A DNA stretch of 55,644 bases from an uncultured Acetobacteraceae bacterium (lineage in GTDB: Bacteria; Pseudomonadota; Alphaproteobacteria; Acetobacterales; Acetobacteraceae), in the NCBI GenBank assembly GCA_964249205.1, contig CAXUBA010000002.1, positions 20,824 through 76,467 of the forward strand, in the 5' to 3' direction. Positions within the stretch are counted from its first letter, which is position 1. Every line of letters begins with the position of its first letter. The notes below the pieces were generated by a model. The model was not told the DNA's origin. It did no database searches and saw only the letters and a list, made by a program, of their open reading frames with translations. Made by a program: the position numbers and the translations under genes. This document shows, piece after piece, positions 35,887 to 46,649 of this stretch.

Positions 35887-37785
35887 ATGAGCGAGACGAC
35901 GAGAGACGAGGCAGAAGTCGAGGCCGGACGGACGGACGCCGACGGCGAAACGAGGAGCTTCGGTGCAGAGGTCGGCCGGCTGCTCGATCTCGTCGTTCAT
36001 TCGCTCTATTCGAACCGTGAGATCTTCCTGCGCGAGCTCGTCGCCAACGCCGCCGACGCCACCGACAGGCGCCGCTTCGAGGCGCTGACCACGCCGTCGG
36101 TCACCCTGCCGGAGGGCGCCAAGGTCCGGATCGCTCCCGACAAGGAAAGCAAGACCATCACGATCGCCGACGACGGGATCGGGATGACCAAGGACGAGCT
36201 GGTCGAAAATCTCGGGACGATCGCCCGGTCCGGCACCCGGCTGTTCGGCGAAAACCTGGCGAACGCGTCGCCGGACGAACGGCCGAATTTGATCGGCCAG
36301 TTCGGCGTCGGCTTCTATTCCGCCTTTATGGTCGCCGATCGGGTCGTCGTGGTGTCGCACAAGGCCGGCGCCGACGAAGCGTGGTCCTGGGCCTCCGACG
36401 GCAAGGGCACGTACACGCTCGCGCCGGCCGAGCGCGACGAGGCCGGCACCACGATCACGCTGCACGTCCGCGACGACGCGTCGGAATTTCTTGAGCCCTA
36501 TCGGCTGGAAACGGTGGTCCGGACCTGGGCCGACCACATCACTCTCCCGGTGACCGTGCTTCGGGACGGCAACGAGGTCGCAGCCAACGAGGGTAAGGCG
36601 CTCTGGCGTAAGCCGAAGAGCGAGATTACCGCCGAGCAGTCGCGCGAGTTCTACCACCATGTCGCGCACGCCTTCGACGACCCCTGGGCGACGATCCACT
36701 GGCGAGCCGAGGGCGCGCTCGAGTTCACGGCGATGCTGTTCGTGCCCGGATCGAAGCCGTTTGAACCGCTCGAAGGAGAGCGGCAAAGCAAGATCAGGCT
36801 GCACGTACGCCGGATGTTCATCACCGACGAGGCCGAGCTCCTGCCGCCCTTTCTCCGCTTCGTAAAGGGCGTCGTCGACACCGAGGACCTGCCGCTGAAC
36901 GTGTCGCGCGAGATGCTGCAGGCCACGCCGATCCTTGCCCGGATCCGGAAGGCGGTGACGGGCAAGGTCCTCGCTGAGCTCCGGACGCACGCGAAGGATC
37001 CCGACGACTACGCGAAGTTCTGGGAAAACTTCGGGCCGATCCTGAAGGAGGGGATCTGGGAGGATGCCGAGCACCGGACGGATGCGGCCGCGCTCGCACG
37101 CTTCCGGTCGTCCGCCGTCGAGGGCTGGATCTCGCTCGCCGACGCCATCGCGCGAATGAAGGAAGGGCAGGACGCGATCTACTATCTTGCCGGCGACAAC
37201 GAGACGGCTCTTCGCGCATCGCCTCAGCTGGAAGGCTTTCGGGCGCGCGGCATCGAGGTGCTACTCCTGGCCGATCCGGTGGATGCCTTCTGGCCGGACC
37301 GCTTGCACAGTTTCGAAGGCCGCACCCTCAAGAGCGTCACGCAAGGCGTCGAGGATCTGGCGAAGATCGCGCCTGAAACCGAACCTGGAGGCGAGATCGT
37401 ATCCGTCGACGGGCTCGTCTCGGCGCTGAAGGCCGCCCTCGGCGACCGCATCGCGGACGCGCGGCCGACCGATCGGCTGGTGGACAGTCCCGTGGTCCTC
37501 GCCGCTTCTGGCGTCGGACCGGATCTGCAGCTGCAGCGGCTGCTTCGCCGAAGCGGCCAGGCGCTGCCGCCGGCGGCGCCGATTCTCGAGCTCAACCCGC
37601 GCCACAAGCTGATCCGCGCGCTCGCCGAGCGGACCGGACGCAGCGAGGAGATCGAGGACGCCGCACATCTGCTGCTCGATCTCGCGCGTGTCCAGGACGG
37701 CGAGGCACCGGAGGACGCGGCTGCCTTCGCCCGAAGGATTGCGTCGGTGATCACGTCGGCCTACGCGCCCGTCTCGTCCGGCTGA
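35887..37785 (+). CDS. htpG: Molecular chaperone HtpG (Hsp90)
   Basis: Contains [35 protein letters not shown] and NVSREMLQ. I used the internal ATG at 35887. Confidence 0.95.
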   Translation: MSETTRDEAEVEAGRTDADGETRSFGAEVGRLLDLVVHSLYSNREIFLRELVANAADATDRRRFEALTTPSVTLPEGAKVRIAPDKESKTITIADDGIGMTKDELVENLGTIARSGTRLFGENLANASPDERPNLIGQFGVGFYSAFMVADRVVVVSHKAGADEAWSWASDGKGTYTLAPAERDEAGTTITLHVRDDASEFLEPYRLETVVRTWADHITLPVTVLRDGNEVAANEGKALWRKPKSEITAEQSREFYHHVAHAFDDPWATIHWRAEGALEFTAMLFVPGSKPFEPLEGERQSKIRLHVRRMFITDEAELLPPFLRFVKGVVDTEDLPLNVSREMLQATPILARIRKAVTGKVLAELRTHAKDPDDYAKFWENFGPILKEGIWEDAEHRTDAAALARFRSSAVEGWISLADAIARMKEGQDAIYYLAGDNETALRASPQLEGFRARGIEVLLLADPVDAFWPDRLHSFEGRTLKSVTQGVEDLAKIAPETEPGGEIVSVDGLVSALKAALGDRIADARPTDRLVDSPVVLAASGVGPDLQLQRLLRRSGQALPPAAPILELNPRHKLIRALAERTGRSEEIEDAAHLLLDLARVQDGEAPEDAAAFARRIASVITSAYAPVSSG

Positions 37786-38124
37786 GACGTGGCGAGCTCG
37801 GTGCGGCGTCGAACGCGAAGACGTTCTCGGCGTTGCGAGGCGAGCGGGGTCGATCGTTCCTCGAACTGGCGGGACAATCACCGAGCGACCTCGACCGGTC
37901 CGGCCGGCGCTCCGTAGAGGCAGGGCGCTCGACGGCGTCGTCGCTTGCTAGCCGAGCATGCGGGCGGACAGGTTCGAGACTTTCACGATCGAGGATAACG
38001 GACCGGCGATCGCCTCGCCTCGTTCTGGCTGTTCGAGGACGCTCGACGAAGCACAGGTCTCGCTCGATTCCTGCCGCGTGATCGCCATCCGGCTTCGGAT
38101 CTCGCCCGACTGGCGGCGACGCCG

Positions 38125-38970
38125 TCAGGCTCCGGCGGGCGGATCGCCCTTGCGGGGATGGAACAGGTTTTCGGGACCGGGGAAACGACCCGAGCGGACA
38201 TCGGAGGCGTAGGCGGCGACCGCTTCGCTCACGAGATCACCGAGCTCCGCATACCGACGGACAAAGCGGGGCTTGAACGCGTCGAACAGGCCGAGCACGT
38301 CCTCGGTGACCAGGATCTGGCCGTCGCACGCGGCCGACGCGCCGATGCCGATCGTCGGCGTCGACAGCGCCTCGGTGATCCGGCGCGCCACCGGCTCGAC
38401 AGTCCCTTCGATGACGACGGCGAAAGCGCCGGCGTCCGCGATCGCGCGCGCGTCGGCCTCGACGCGAGCGGCGTCCTGGTCGTCACGGCCGGTCGCGCGG
38501 AAGCCGCCCGCGGCGTTCACCGATTGCGGCATCAGACCGACATGGCCGCAGACCGGAACGCCTCGCTCCACGAGGAACCGCACGGACGCGGCCATCGTGG
38601 TTCCGCCTTCGAGCTTGATCGCTGCGGCACCGGTTTCGGAGAGAACGCGCGCGGCGGCACGGAACGCCTGTTCGGGACCCTCCTGGTAGGTACCGAACGG
38701 CAGGTCGACCACGACGCAGGCATGCGAGGTTGCGCGGACCACCGCCGCACCGTGCGCGATCATCATGTCGAGGGTCACGCCGAGGGTACTCGGGAGGCCG
38801 TAGACCACCATGCCGAGACTGTCGCCGACGAGGAGCATGTCGACGTGCGGATCAAGCCGGCGCGCCATCGGCGCCGTGTAGGCGGTCAGCGCGACGATGC
38901 GATCGCTTCCCTTCCGCCGATGCAGATCCGGCACGCCGACCCGCGTGCCGGACGGCGGTTGCACGCTCAA
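38125..38970 (-). CDS. panB: 3-methyl-2-oxobutanoate hydroxymethyltransferase
   Basis: Contains [29 protein letters not shown] and GHVGLMPQS. The start is ambiguous (TTG 38970 or GTG 38964). Confidence 0.9.
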   Translation of the reverse strand: MSVQPPSGTRVGVPDLHRRKGSDRIVALTAYTAPMARRLDPHVDMLLVGDSLGMVVYGLPSTLGVTLDMMIAHGAAVVRATSHACVVVDLPFGTYQEGPEQAFRAAARVLSETGAAAIKLEGGTTMAASVRFLVERGVPVCGHVGLMPQSVNAAGGFRATGRDDQDAARVEADARAIADAGAFAVVIEGTVEPVARRITEALSTPTIGIGASAACDGQILVTEDVLGLFDAFKPRFVRRYAELGDLVSEAVAAYASDVRSGRFPGPENLFHPRKGDPPAGA

Positions 38971-38993
38971 GATCCGGTGCCCGTCTCCGGGTC

Positions 38994-39395
38994 TCAGGAC
39001 GTCTTGTGCTTCTTTCCGGTGCCGGCGAGATGGTAGCCACCCGACATGGCCGCCTTCTCGCAGGTGTAGAAGCCATGCTTCGACTTGCCGAAGTAGCGGC
39101 TGTCGCTCGTATGCAGCGCCTTGGAGCGTGGGCTTGCCCAGACGACCGTGTCGCCGGCGCAGGCAGACGAGGCTTCGCTCTGCGAGGCGTAATGCGTGAC
39201 TCCGCCGCTTGTCGTCGAAGGCGCCGACATCGCCGAGGCCGCGGGCGGCGTCGCCCGCATGCTCGTGGCGGGGGGCGTCCTGGTCATGGAGTTGCCGCCC
39301 GAGGTGGCCTGCCCGGCGGTCGTCTGCGCGACCGCCAGGGCGGGTGCCCCGATGAGGGAAAGTCCGAGAGCGAAATGGCTGAGCTTCACGATCAT
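38994..39395 (-). CDS. Small secreted protein with a Cys-containing C-terminal motif
   Basis: The ATG at 39395 is preceded by AAGGAAA. Signal peptide [24 protein letters not shown]. The linker is Thr/Ser/Ala/Pro-rich. The C-terminus reads [44 protein letters not shown]. Confidence 0.6.
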   Translation of the reverse strand: MIVKLSHFALGLSLIGAPALAVAQTTAGQATSGGNSMTRTPPATSMRATPPAASAMSAPSTTSGGVTHYASQSEASSACAGDTVVWASPRSKALHTSDSRYFGKSKHGFYTCEKAAMSGGYHLAGTGKKHKTS

Positions 39396-39560
39396 TGGAT
39401 TTCCTTGCCCGCCGACTCGATACAGTCGGCACACGATTACAACAGCGGGATAGCGGTCTCCGAACAACATGCCAACTCGTAACGGCCATCGCAGCTGTCC
39501 TTCTCGGAACGACGCCGGGCTTGCGCCGGATGGCGTCATTTTCTAGGAAGCGGAACGGAT

Positions 39561-39635
39561 GGGCGCGTAGCTCAGCGGGAGAGCATCCCCTTCACACGGG
39601 GAGGGTCACAGGTTCAATCCCTGTCGCGCCCACCA
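39561..39635 (+). tRNA. tRNA-Val (anticodon CAC)
   Basis: Same acceptor, D and T arms as the tRNA at 33786. The anticodon stem-loop is TCCCC-TTCACAC-GGGGA. CCA is encoded. 75 nt. Confidence 0.9.
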
Positions 39636-40080
39636 TCCGTGCCGATGTCCCGGTCAGTCCTGTCGCCAGTGTGGCGCGTGCGCCAACGGCTCGCCCGTCG
39701 TGGCCTCTTCATGGCGGCAGATTGTTCGAGCCGCCGGCGGATACCGCTTGCGCGACCAAACAAGCGCTCCGCTAGGTTACGACCTCACAACAACATTCGT
39801 CGAGACGATGTTGCTCACCGCGCCTGTTCCCTCGCAGCAACCAGATACCGCTTGGCCGCTCTCGGAAACGGCTCATTCAGGCGTTCGAGAGCCGACCCGA
39901 TCGCTGGTCGGTGTTCGCCGACGAGGGCTGCCACGACTTCCAGGCCGGCCATCCGGCCTGCCCTCCCTCGGAACCGGAAGAAGCCACGCGAGCCTGTCTC
40001 GAAGTGTTCGCCGAAGCCGAGTTCCTCAATAGAGCCTGGTAGAGGGCGAACGGCCCGGACGTCACTACCGGCCCATTCCG

Positions 40081-41973
40081 TCAGAACCCGAACATGTGAT
40101 CGAGCGAGAACCCACCCCGGTCATCCATCTGGCCGTGATAGCCGAAGAGCCGGCACGTCACGTCGCGGATGAGGACGTAGCCGCCTTCGCCCGCCGCCTC
40201 GATCAGCTCTGCGCCGAAATGGTCAGTCGGGAAGCAGAGCGCGGAGCCCGAGCATGCAATCCCGATCCTTGTCTCGCCGATCAGGGCGCCATCCTCGCGG
40301 TGGAGAAGCAGGCCCGTTTCCGACGTCGGGTGCCACGCTGCTGACGCGGGATAGATGAGCGCCGCGAAGGATCGCCGCCCGGCATGTCCGAGCTTGAGGA
40401 AGAGCCGGGTCGAAAGCCCGGGCGGTGGACCCGAATAGGATTGCGGCTCGCCGCGGTAGGTCATCAGCGTGTTGAAGATGTGGGCGCCAAAACTCGTTTC
40501 GGCCACGTGTCCGCTTTCGCGATCCTCGAAGCGGACGATCGCGTGCATCCACCCGTCCGCCTCTCCGCCGTCGCGGAAATCGTACGCAAGCTCGCCGTGA
40601 CCACCGTCCGGCCCGATCGCGTCCGTAAAGTCGTCGAGCACCAACGCGAGATCGAAGAGGCGCGGAAGGCAGCCGAGAAAGCGGTCCGCCACCTTGCGCC
40701 CGTCGGCGGCGAACACGTCGAGGCGGAGCGGCAGGCTGCGGAGCTGTTCCGACATCGGGTTGGGCTGCACGATGGTCCGGAACCGTCCGGGCGGCAGAAT
40801 CGGAAACGGCAGCAGGTAGCCCCGGCCGAGCGCCGGATGCAGCGCCGGAATGTTGGCGTCGGCGCGAAGGTCGGCACGCTCCACGTTCATGTGCGCGATG
40901 CGCGTCCGTCCGGCGCGCCGGATCTCGTAGCGCGGCCGCACCACGTGCCGGCCGCAACGGAGCTCGATCTGGGACGGCCAGGCGAGGCCCGGAAGCAAGG
41001 TCGAGACGTCGAGCGGCACGCTCTCGAACCCGCCGATTTCCCGATCGAAGGCGACGGGCCTCTCGGCGCCCATCCGATCGAGCGTGATCGCGCCCGCCGC
41101 GATCGGCGCCGCGTGACTGTTCTGGATCCAGAGCGTGACCGTCTCGTCCTCGCGCGGGGCGGGAAGCCCGGCGTAGCGGTCGGATGGCCAGGCGTTCGCG
41201 TCGTGCGTGACCGAGAGCGAGCGCTCCTCGCCGGCGCCCTCGGTATCGAGCGCGTATTTGACCACGTCGTGCCCGGCGACACCGATCGCGTGGAGGAAAA
41301 GCTGTCCGTCGAACTCGGGCAAGGCGAAGCGCGCGCGGATCGCCCGGCTGTCGAGCACGACCGCGCCGTCGCCGTCACGAACCGGTTCCTCCCATTCGGC
41401 GATCGGGACGCCGGCGCGGTCGAACAGGCGGCACCAGAGGCGAACGCGCTTCGCTCCGTAGTTCGACCAGTAGTTCGCGGTCACGAGACGTGTCGACAGT
41501 CCCGCGCGCTCGCGGAAGAAGGCGAAGTTCGTCGCGAAGTTGAGGCGGTCGAGGTAAGTGCGCGCGACCGTCAGCATCGCCGAAGGGATCCGGATTTCGT
41601 CGAGGGCCAGGAGTTCGGCGTCGGCCGGCAGAAGATGACGGATCCGGGCCGCGATGCGGTCGGCGTCGAAGGCGGCGATCAGCAGGCGGCGTGTGCGGCG
41701 TTCGGACAAGGCGGCGAGCGGTGCCGTGACGAGGCCGAGCGCGGTCTGGCCGAGGGTCTCGGTGTCCTGCACCAGGATCGAGGACGGACGCGGAAGCGCG
41801 GGCGCGAGCGAGAAGAGCGACGACGCGATGCCGTTCGGATCGAACAGGTCGTAGGGGGCCTCGTCGAGCCGGCGGGCGAGGACCGCGAGCCGCTCGGCCG
41901 CCAGCGGGTGCACCAGGGCCTTGTAGAGGACGTTCCCGCCGCCGCGTGCGTCGAAGGTCTTGATGTCGAGCAT
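40081..41973 (-). CDS. Hypothetical 630-aa protein with internally repeated modules
   Basis: ATG at 41973 (MLDIKTFDARGGGNVLYKALVHP...). I recognise no motif. Third-position GC is high throughout. It ends DHMFGF. Confidence 0.7.
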   Translation of the reverse strand: MLDIKTFDARGGGNVLYKALVHPLAAERLAVLARRLDEAPYDLFDPNGIASSLFSLAPALPRPSSILVQDTETLGQTALGLVTAPLAALSERRTRRLLIAAFDADRIAARIRHLLPADAELLALDEIRIPSAMLTVARTYLDRLNFATNFAFFRERAGLSTRLVTANYWSNYGAKRVRLWCRLFDRAGVPIAEWEEPVRDGDGAVVLDSRAIRARFALPEFDGQLFLHAIGVAGHDVVKYALDTEGAGEERSLSVTHDANAWPSDRYAGLPAPREDETVTLWIQNSHAAPIAAGAITLDRMGAERPVAFDREIGGFESVPLDVSTLLPGLAWPSQIELRCGRHVVRPRYEIRRAGRTRIAHMNVERADLRADANIPALHPALGRGYLLPFPILPPGRFRTIVQPNPMSEQLRSLPLRLDVFAADGRKVADRFLGCLPRLFDLALVLDDFTDAIGPDGGHGELAYDFRDGGEADGWMHAIVRFEDRESGHVAETSFGAHIFNTLMTYRGEPQSYSGPPPGLSTRLFLKLGHAGRRSFAALIYPASAAWHPTSETGLLLHREDGALIGETRIGIACSGSALCFPTDHFGAELIEAAGEGGYVLIRDVTCRLFGYHGQMDDRGGFSLDHMFGF

Positions 41974-42091
41974 GTGACGGGTCCCCCAAGAACGCACCCG
42001 AAGCGGGTTCCAGCGCCCGTCCGTCCTCGGCTTGCGCAGCCTTGGAGACGGATCGAGCAAGTCCGCCGGATCGGTCGGAGCCGGCCACGCA

Positions 42092-43048
42092 CTAGTAGCC
42101 GAGCCGTCGCAGCGTGTCGCGAGCCGCGTCCGCCGTGTCGTCGACCGGCTGGGCGTGGAACGGATCGAAGCGTCCCTCGAAGTTGCGGATCCGGCGATCC
42201 CGGCGAAGATCGTCGAGAAACAGGCCGATGCGGCGCGACCGTCCCGGCAGGATGGCGACATGAACGGACGCCGCGGTCGCGACCGCTTCGGAGACCATCG
42301 AGATGCTGTCGCAGGTGGCGACGATCGCGTCGGCGCAGGCGAGCAGGCCGAGATAGGGGTTCGCGCCGGTTCCGTCCCAGACAAAGCCGCCGTGCGGCAG
42401 GACGGCCTTGCGCAACACCGCAACGGCTTCCGGCGCGGTCCGGCGGGACGGCGTCAACGCGATCGCGACCTTGTCCCGCCGGCACATGGCGTCGAGACTG
42501 GCGGCGAGCCCGGCCGCTTCGTCGCGACCGAAACGGAACCGACCGTTCGCGCCGCCGACCAGGACGGAAACGAGCGGACGTCTGTCGGCGGGGCGAAGCA
42601 TGGCCGCCCAGTCCTGTCGCGCCTGCGCGAGCCGGGCCGGGGTCACGCGATGGAGCGCGGTCCTGGTCACGATGACGTTCGGACCCGACAAGCGGTCATG
42701 TCGGTTGGCGACCACGACGTCGAACGCACGGGGATCGAACCTCGGGTTCTGCACCTGGACGACCGCACGGGCGCGGCCTTCCCGCCGGAGCGCCGCGCCG
42801 ACTGCCGCGGCAGTGCCGCCCGTCGACACGACGATCTCGCCGGGATCGACATCGAGGCCGACGATCGAGCGGAGCGGTCGCGGCCAGATCCGAGCCGGCA
42901 GGCGCTTCCAGATGCCGCGCGGCGAGATGCAGCACGTTCGCGTCGACCAGCCGGCCGCTTCCGCGAGGCCGAGGCCTTGATTCTCCAGGCCCGCATAGCC
43001 TTCGCTGAGTATCGCCGCGCCGGCGACAGGACAGGAGGGCTCTGACAT
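42092..43048 (-). CDS. ELM1/DUF1022-family protein (putative GT-B-like glycosyltransferase)
   Basis: Contains ILSEGYAGLENQGLGLAEAAG (compare DGKAGxxNQxLGLAEAL), VLVGGANGRF, LTPSRRTAPE and CDSISMVSEA. Confidence 0.7.
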   Translation of the reverse strand: MSEPSCPVAGAAILSEGYAGLENQGLGLAEAAGWSTRTCCISPRGIWKRLPARIWPRPLRSIVGLDVDPGEIVVSTGGTAAAVGAALRREGRARAVVQVQNPRFDPRAFDVVVANRHDRLSGPNVIVTRTALHRVTPARLAQARQDWAAMLRPADRRPLVSVLVGGANGRFRFGRDEAAGLAASLDAMCRRDKVAIALTPSRRTAPEAVAVLRKAVLPHGGFVWDGTGANPYLGLLACADAIVATCDSISMVSEAVATAASVHVAILPGRSRRIGLFLDDLRRDRRIRNFEGRFDPFHAQPVDDTADAARDTLRRLGY

Positions 43049-43218
43049 GGCGCGGTTGCATGAGGAACGGCGTCGGCGGCGTCAAGCGAAGTCGCCTCGA
43101 CTTGGGCGATTTTCTTGACATGGCCTGCTGACAACCCCAGAAAGAGTATCGCGCGATGCTTCGGATCCGAGGCGGCACTTGGTTGCTGATCGCGCACTGA
43201 TAGAAAGAACCGATCATC

Positions 43219-44355
43219 GTGACAGATTTCCAGGCGCTCGGCCTCTCGGCCCCGCTCCTCAAGGCCCTCGCGCATGCGGGTTATTCGACGCCGACTCCGA
43301 TCCAGCTCCAGGCCATTCCCGCCGCCCTTGGCGGCCGCGACATCGAGGGCATCGCCCAAACCGGCACCGGCAAGACCGCCGCCTTCGCGCTTCCCATCAT
43401 CGACCGCCTGCTGGCCAATCCGCGGCGCGCATCGCATCGCGGCACCCGGGCGCTGGTCCTGGCGCCCACCCGCGAGCTCGCGGCGCAGATCGCGGACAAT
43501 TTCCGGATCTATGCGCGCGAAACGTCGCTCCGAATCGCGATCATGTTCGGCGGCGTGCCGAAGGGGCGGCAGGCTCGCGTGATGATGCACGGCGTCGACG
43601 TGCTGGTCGCGACCCCTGGTCGACTGCTCGACCACATCGGCGACGGAGCGGTCCGCCTGGACGAGGTCGAGATCCTCGTGCTGGACGAGGCCGACCATAT
43701 GCTTGACCTCGGCTTCATCGTGCCGATCCGGAAGATCGCCTCGATGCTGCCGCGTCAGCGCCAGGGACTGTTCTTCTCGGCGACGATGCCGAAGGAGATC
43801 GCCTCACTATCGGCGGCCTTGCTGACCAACCCGATCCGGATCGCGGTGACGCCGGTGGCGACAACCGCCGACAAGGTCGACCAGCGGGTCGTCTTCGTGG
43901 AGCAGGCGGAAAAGCGGAACCTGCTCGCCCGCGTGCTGCGCGCGACGCCCGATGGCCGCGCGCTCGTGTTCACCCGGACGAAGCATGGTGCGGACCGGGT
44001 CTGCGAGCATCTCGGACGCGCGGGCGTCCAGGCCGCCGCGATCCACGGCAACAAGAGCCAGGGTCAGCGCGAACGCGCGCTCGACGCGTTCCGCGAGGGC
44101 CAGGTCAGAGTCCTGGTCGCGACCGACATCGCCGCCCGCGGCATCGACGTCGACGGGATCACCCACGTGATCAACTTCGAGCTGCCGAACGTGCCCGAAA
44201 GCTACGTGCACCGGATTGGCCGGACGGCGCGGGCCGGCAAGGCCGGTCTCGCGATCTCGTTCTGCGGCGCCGACGAGCGGCCTTACCTCCGCGACATCGA
44301 GAAGCTGATCCGGTCGAGGGTGACCGTCGCGGAACCGCACGCGCTGGCGGTCTAG
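43219..44355 (+). CDS. rhlE: DEAD-box ATP-dependent RNA helicase (RhlE-like)
   Basis: Q-motif region, AQTGTGKTAAF, VLDEADHML, SAT and HRIGRTARAG. Confidence 0.9.
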   Translation: MTDFQALGLSAPLLKALAHAGYSTPTPIQLQAIPAALGGRDIEGIAQTGTGKTAAFALPIIDRLLANPRRASHRGTRALVLAPTRELAAQIADNFRIYARETSLRIAIMFGGVPKGRQARVMMHGVDVLVATPGRLLDHIGDGAVRLDEVEILVLDEADHMLDLGFIVPIRKIASMLPRQRQGLFFSATMPKEIASLSAALLTNPIRIAVTPVATTADKVDQRVVFVEQAEKRNLLARVLRATPDGRALVFTRTKHGADRVCEHLGRAGVQAAAIHGNKSQGQRERALDAFREGQVRVLVATDIAARGIDVDGITHVINFELPNVPESYVHRIGRTARAGKAGLAISFCGADERPYLRDIEKLIRSRVTVAEPHALAV

Positions 44356-44478
44356 CGGCGACGCGTCGCACACCGCGACGACACCCGTTGCGGCAGGAGC
44401 CGGGCCGACACGGGCACGTCGACTGCCGCCCCAGCCGACACAGGTTGTCCGTGCGCCGCCCGCGTATAGGATGGGCGG

Positions 44479-45654
44479 ATGGCGGCGTGCGAGACCCTGA
44501 CGACGCGTGAGATCCTGGCGAAGCTCGTCTCGTTCGACACGACGAGCCGAAATTCGAATCTCGACCTCGTGGCGTGGATCCGGGACTACCTCGAAGGCTG
44601 GAATGTCCACGTCCGCGAAAGCCGGAACGAAGACGGCACCAAAGCCAACCTCCACGTCATCATCGGTCCCGAACGAGCTGGCGGTCTCGCGCTGTCCGGT
44701 CACGTCGATACCGTTCCCGTCGACGGGCAGACCTGGGCGACCGACCCGTTCTCGCTCCAGGAAGTCGACGGCCGCCTCTACGCGCGTGGCGCCACCGACA
44801 TGAAGGGCTTCGTTGCCGCGATGCTGGCCGCGGTGCCCGATCTCGCCCGACGCGATCGCCCGATCCCCGTCCATCTCATGATCACCTTCGACGAGGAGGT
44901 GAACTGCGCCGGCGCCCGACGCCTCGTCCGCGACATGGAAGAGAGCGGCCTTCGCCCGTCGCTCTGCATCGTCGGAGAGCCCTCGTCGCTCCGGCCGATC
45001 GTTGCCCACAAGGGACGCCTGTCGCTTCGCGTCGCGGTGCGTGGCCGTCCGGCCCACTCGAGCGACCCGTCACGCGGCGTGAACGCCGTCCACGCCGCCG
45101 CACGCGCCATCGCCTTCGTCGCCGACGAGGGGGACCGTTTGGCACGGGAGGGCGTGCGGGCGAACGGCTTCGCCCCGCCGCACAGCACCACCCAGTGCGG
45201 GCTCATGTCCGGGGGCGCGATCCTGAACATCGTGCCCGAAGCGGCGCAGTTCGACGTCGAGTGGCGGACCGTGCCGGGAGACGACGCGCACGCGCTGCTC
45301 GGCCGGCTCCGGGATCATGTCGCGACGGCGATCCAACCGGCCATGCGCGCGGCGGATCCGCACGCGGGTTTCACCTTCACCGTCCTGCACCAACTGCCGC
45401 CCTTGGCCCTGCCGCCCGACCATGCGCTCGCCGCGCTGGTCACCAACGCGATCGGCGACAACCGGAGCCGTCCCGGCCATGTCTCCTACGGAACGGAGGC
45501 CGGGATCTATTCCGACGCGGGCATCGCCAGCATCGTCTGCGGTCCGGGGGATATCGCACGCGCCCACAAGCCGGACGAGTGGATCGGGCAGAGCGAGCTC
45601 GACAGCTGCGACGCCTTCATCCGCCGGGCGGTGGCGGCCGCCAGAGCCGCATGA
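44479..45654 (+). CDS. M20-family deacylase (acetylornithine deacetylase ArgE-like)
   Basis: Contains LSGHVDTVPVDG, YARGATDMKGF and FDEEV. Confidence 0.8.
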   Translation: MAACETLTTREILAKLVSFDTTSRNSNLDLVAWIRDYLEGWNVHVRESRNEDGTKANLHVIIGPERAGGLALSGHVDTVPVDGQTWATDPFSLQEVDGRLYARGATDMKGFVAAMLAAVPDLARRDRPIPVHLMITFDEEVNCAGARRLVRDMEESGLRPSLCIVGEPSSLRPIVAHKGRLSLRVAVRGRPAHSSDPSRGVNAVHAAARAIAFVADEGDRLAREGVRANGFAPPHSTTQCGLMSGGAILNIVPEAAQFDVEWRTVPGDDAHALLGRLRDHVATAIQPAMRAADPHAGFTFTVLHQLPPLALPPDHALAALVTNAIGDNRSRPGHVSYGTEAGIYSDAGIASIVCGPGDIARAHKPDEWIGQSELDSCDAFIRRAVAAARAA

Positions 45655-46649
45655 CCCCGGCCGAACCCGCGGATCCGTTCGGCCTGCTGCCGACGTTGCC
45701 GCGGTTCCCGGTGCTGATCCGTCCGCCCGACCTCGGGCCTTGGCGGGATGGCAATACCGGGCTCCCCGGTGTCGTCTCGTTCCGCGCGGAGGCCGAGGGG
45801 CCGCATCTGGTGCTCGTCTCCCTGATGCACGGCAACGAGATCGCCGGCGCGATCGTCCTCGACGCCTTGCTCCGAAGCGGCTTCCGACCGTCGCGGGGTC
45901 GGGCGAGCATCGTGTTCGCGAACCTGGAGGCGTTCGACCGCTTCGACGCCGCAGAGCCGACCGCTTCGCGCTTCGTCCACGAGGACATGAACCGGATCTG
46001 GAACGAGGACGAGCTCGAAGGTCCTCGCGTGTCGTCCGAACTCGTTCGTGGACGCCAACTCCGACGCGTGATCGACGACGCCGACATCGTCTTCGATCTC
46101 CACACGATGCTCTGGGCGGGCGCACCGCTCATCCTTTGCGGCCGGACGGCGCGTGGCCGCGCCCTCGCGGCCTCGGTCGGGACGCCCTCCCTCGTCGTGT
46201 CCGACCACGGGCACGCCGGCGGTCGCCGTCTGATCGACTATCGCCGGTTTTCCGACCCGAACGGAACCGCCGCCTCCTGCCTCGTCGAGGCCGGCCAGCA
46301 CTGGTCCGACGACAGTGTCGAGACGACCGAGCGCGCGGTCCGATCGCTCCTGTCCTCGCTCCGCATGACCGTCCGGCCGGTCACGGCGTCGGGGCCGCGC
46401 TGTCGGTTCGCCGAGGTGACCGACACCATCACCGCGGGAACCGGACAGTTCGCCTTCGTTTCGGCGTTCCGGGGCGGCGACACGATCGAGCATGCCGGAA
46501 CGACGATCGCGCTTGACGGCGAAACGGCGATCACGACGCCCTACGACGACTGCATCCTGATCATGCCGAACTTGCGCCCGACGCGCGGACACACGGCGGT
46601 CCGCCTCGCGCGCTACTGCGCGGACGACAGTCCGGATCCGAAGATGTAA
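45651..46649 (+). CDS. Succinylglutamate desuccinylase / aspartoacylase (AstE/AspA, M14) family protein
   Basis: The ATG overlaps the upstream stop (ATGA). Contains LVSLMHGNEIAG (His/Glu zinc ligands) and DLHTM. The 691-aa track ORF is an artefact. Confidence 0.7.
   Translation: MTPAEPADPFGLLPTLPRFPVLIRPPDLGPWRDGNTGLPGVVSFRAEAEGPHLVLVSLMHGNEIAGAIVLDALLRSGFRPSRGRASIVFANLEAFDRFDAAEPTASRFVHEDMNRIWNEDELEGPRVSSELVRGRQLRRVIDDADIVFDLHTMLWAGAPLILCGRTARGRALAASVGTPSLVVSDHGHAGGRRLIDYRRFSDPNGTAASCLVEAGQHWSDDSVETTERAVRSLLSSLRMTVRPVTASGPRCRFAEVTDTITAGTGQFAFVSAFRGGDTIEHAGTTIALDGETAITTPYDDCILIMPNLRPTRGHTAVRLARYCADDSPDPKM

Noticed and set aside
37786-38124. 339-nt spacer between htpG and panB with small ORFs (for example 37958-38212 plus, and a 46-codon minus ORF).
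   Set aside because: I recognised no SD, no coding bias and no motifs. I left it as an intergenic convergent spacer.
39511-39547. Hairpin GACGCC...GGCGTC followed by ATTTTCT, just upstream of tRNA-Val(CAC).
   Set aside because: The stem is short (6 bp) with a 15-nt loop, and there is no plus-strand gene upstream for it to terminate. It is probably part of the tRNA promoter or leader region.
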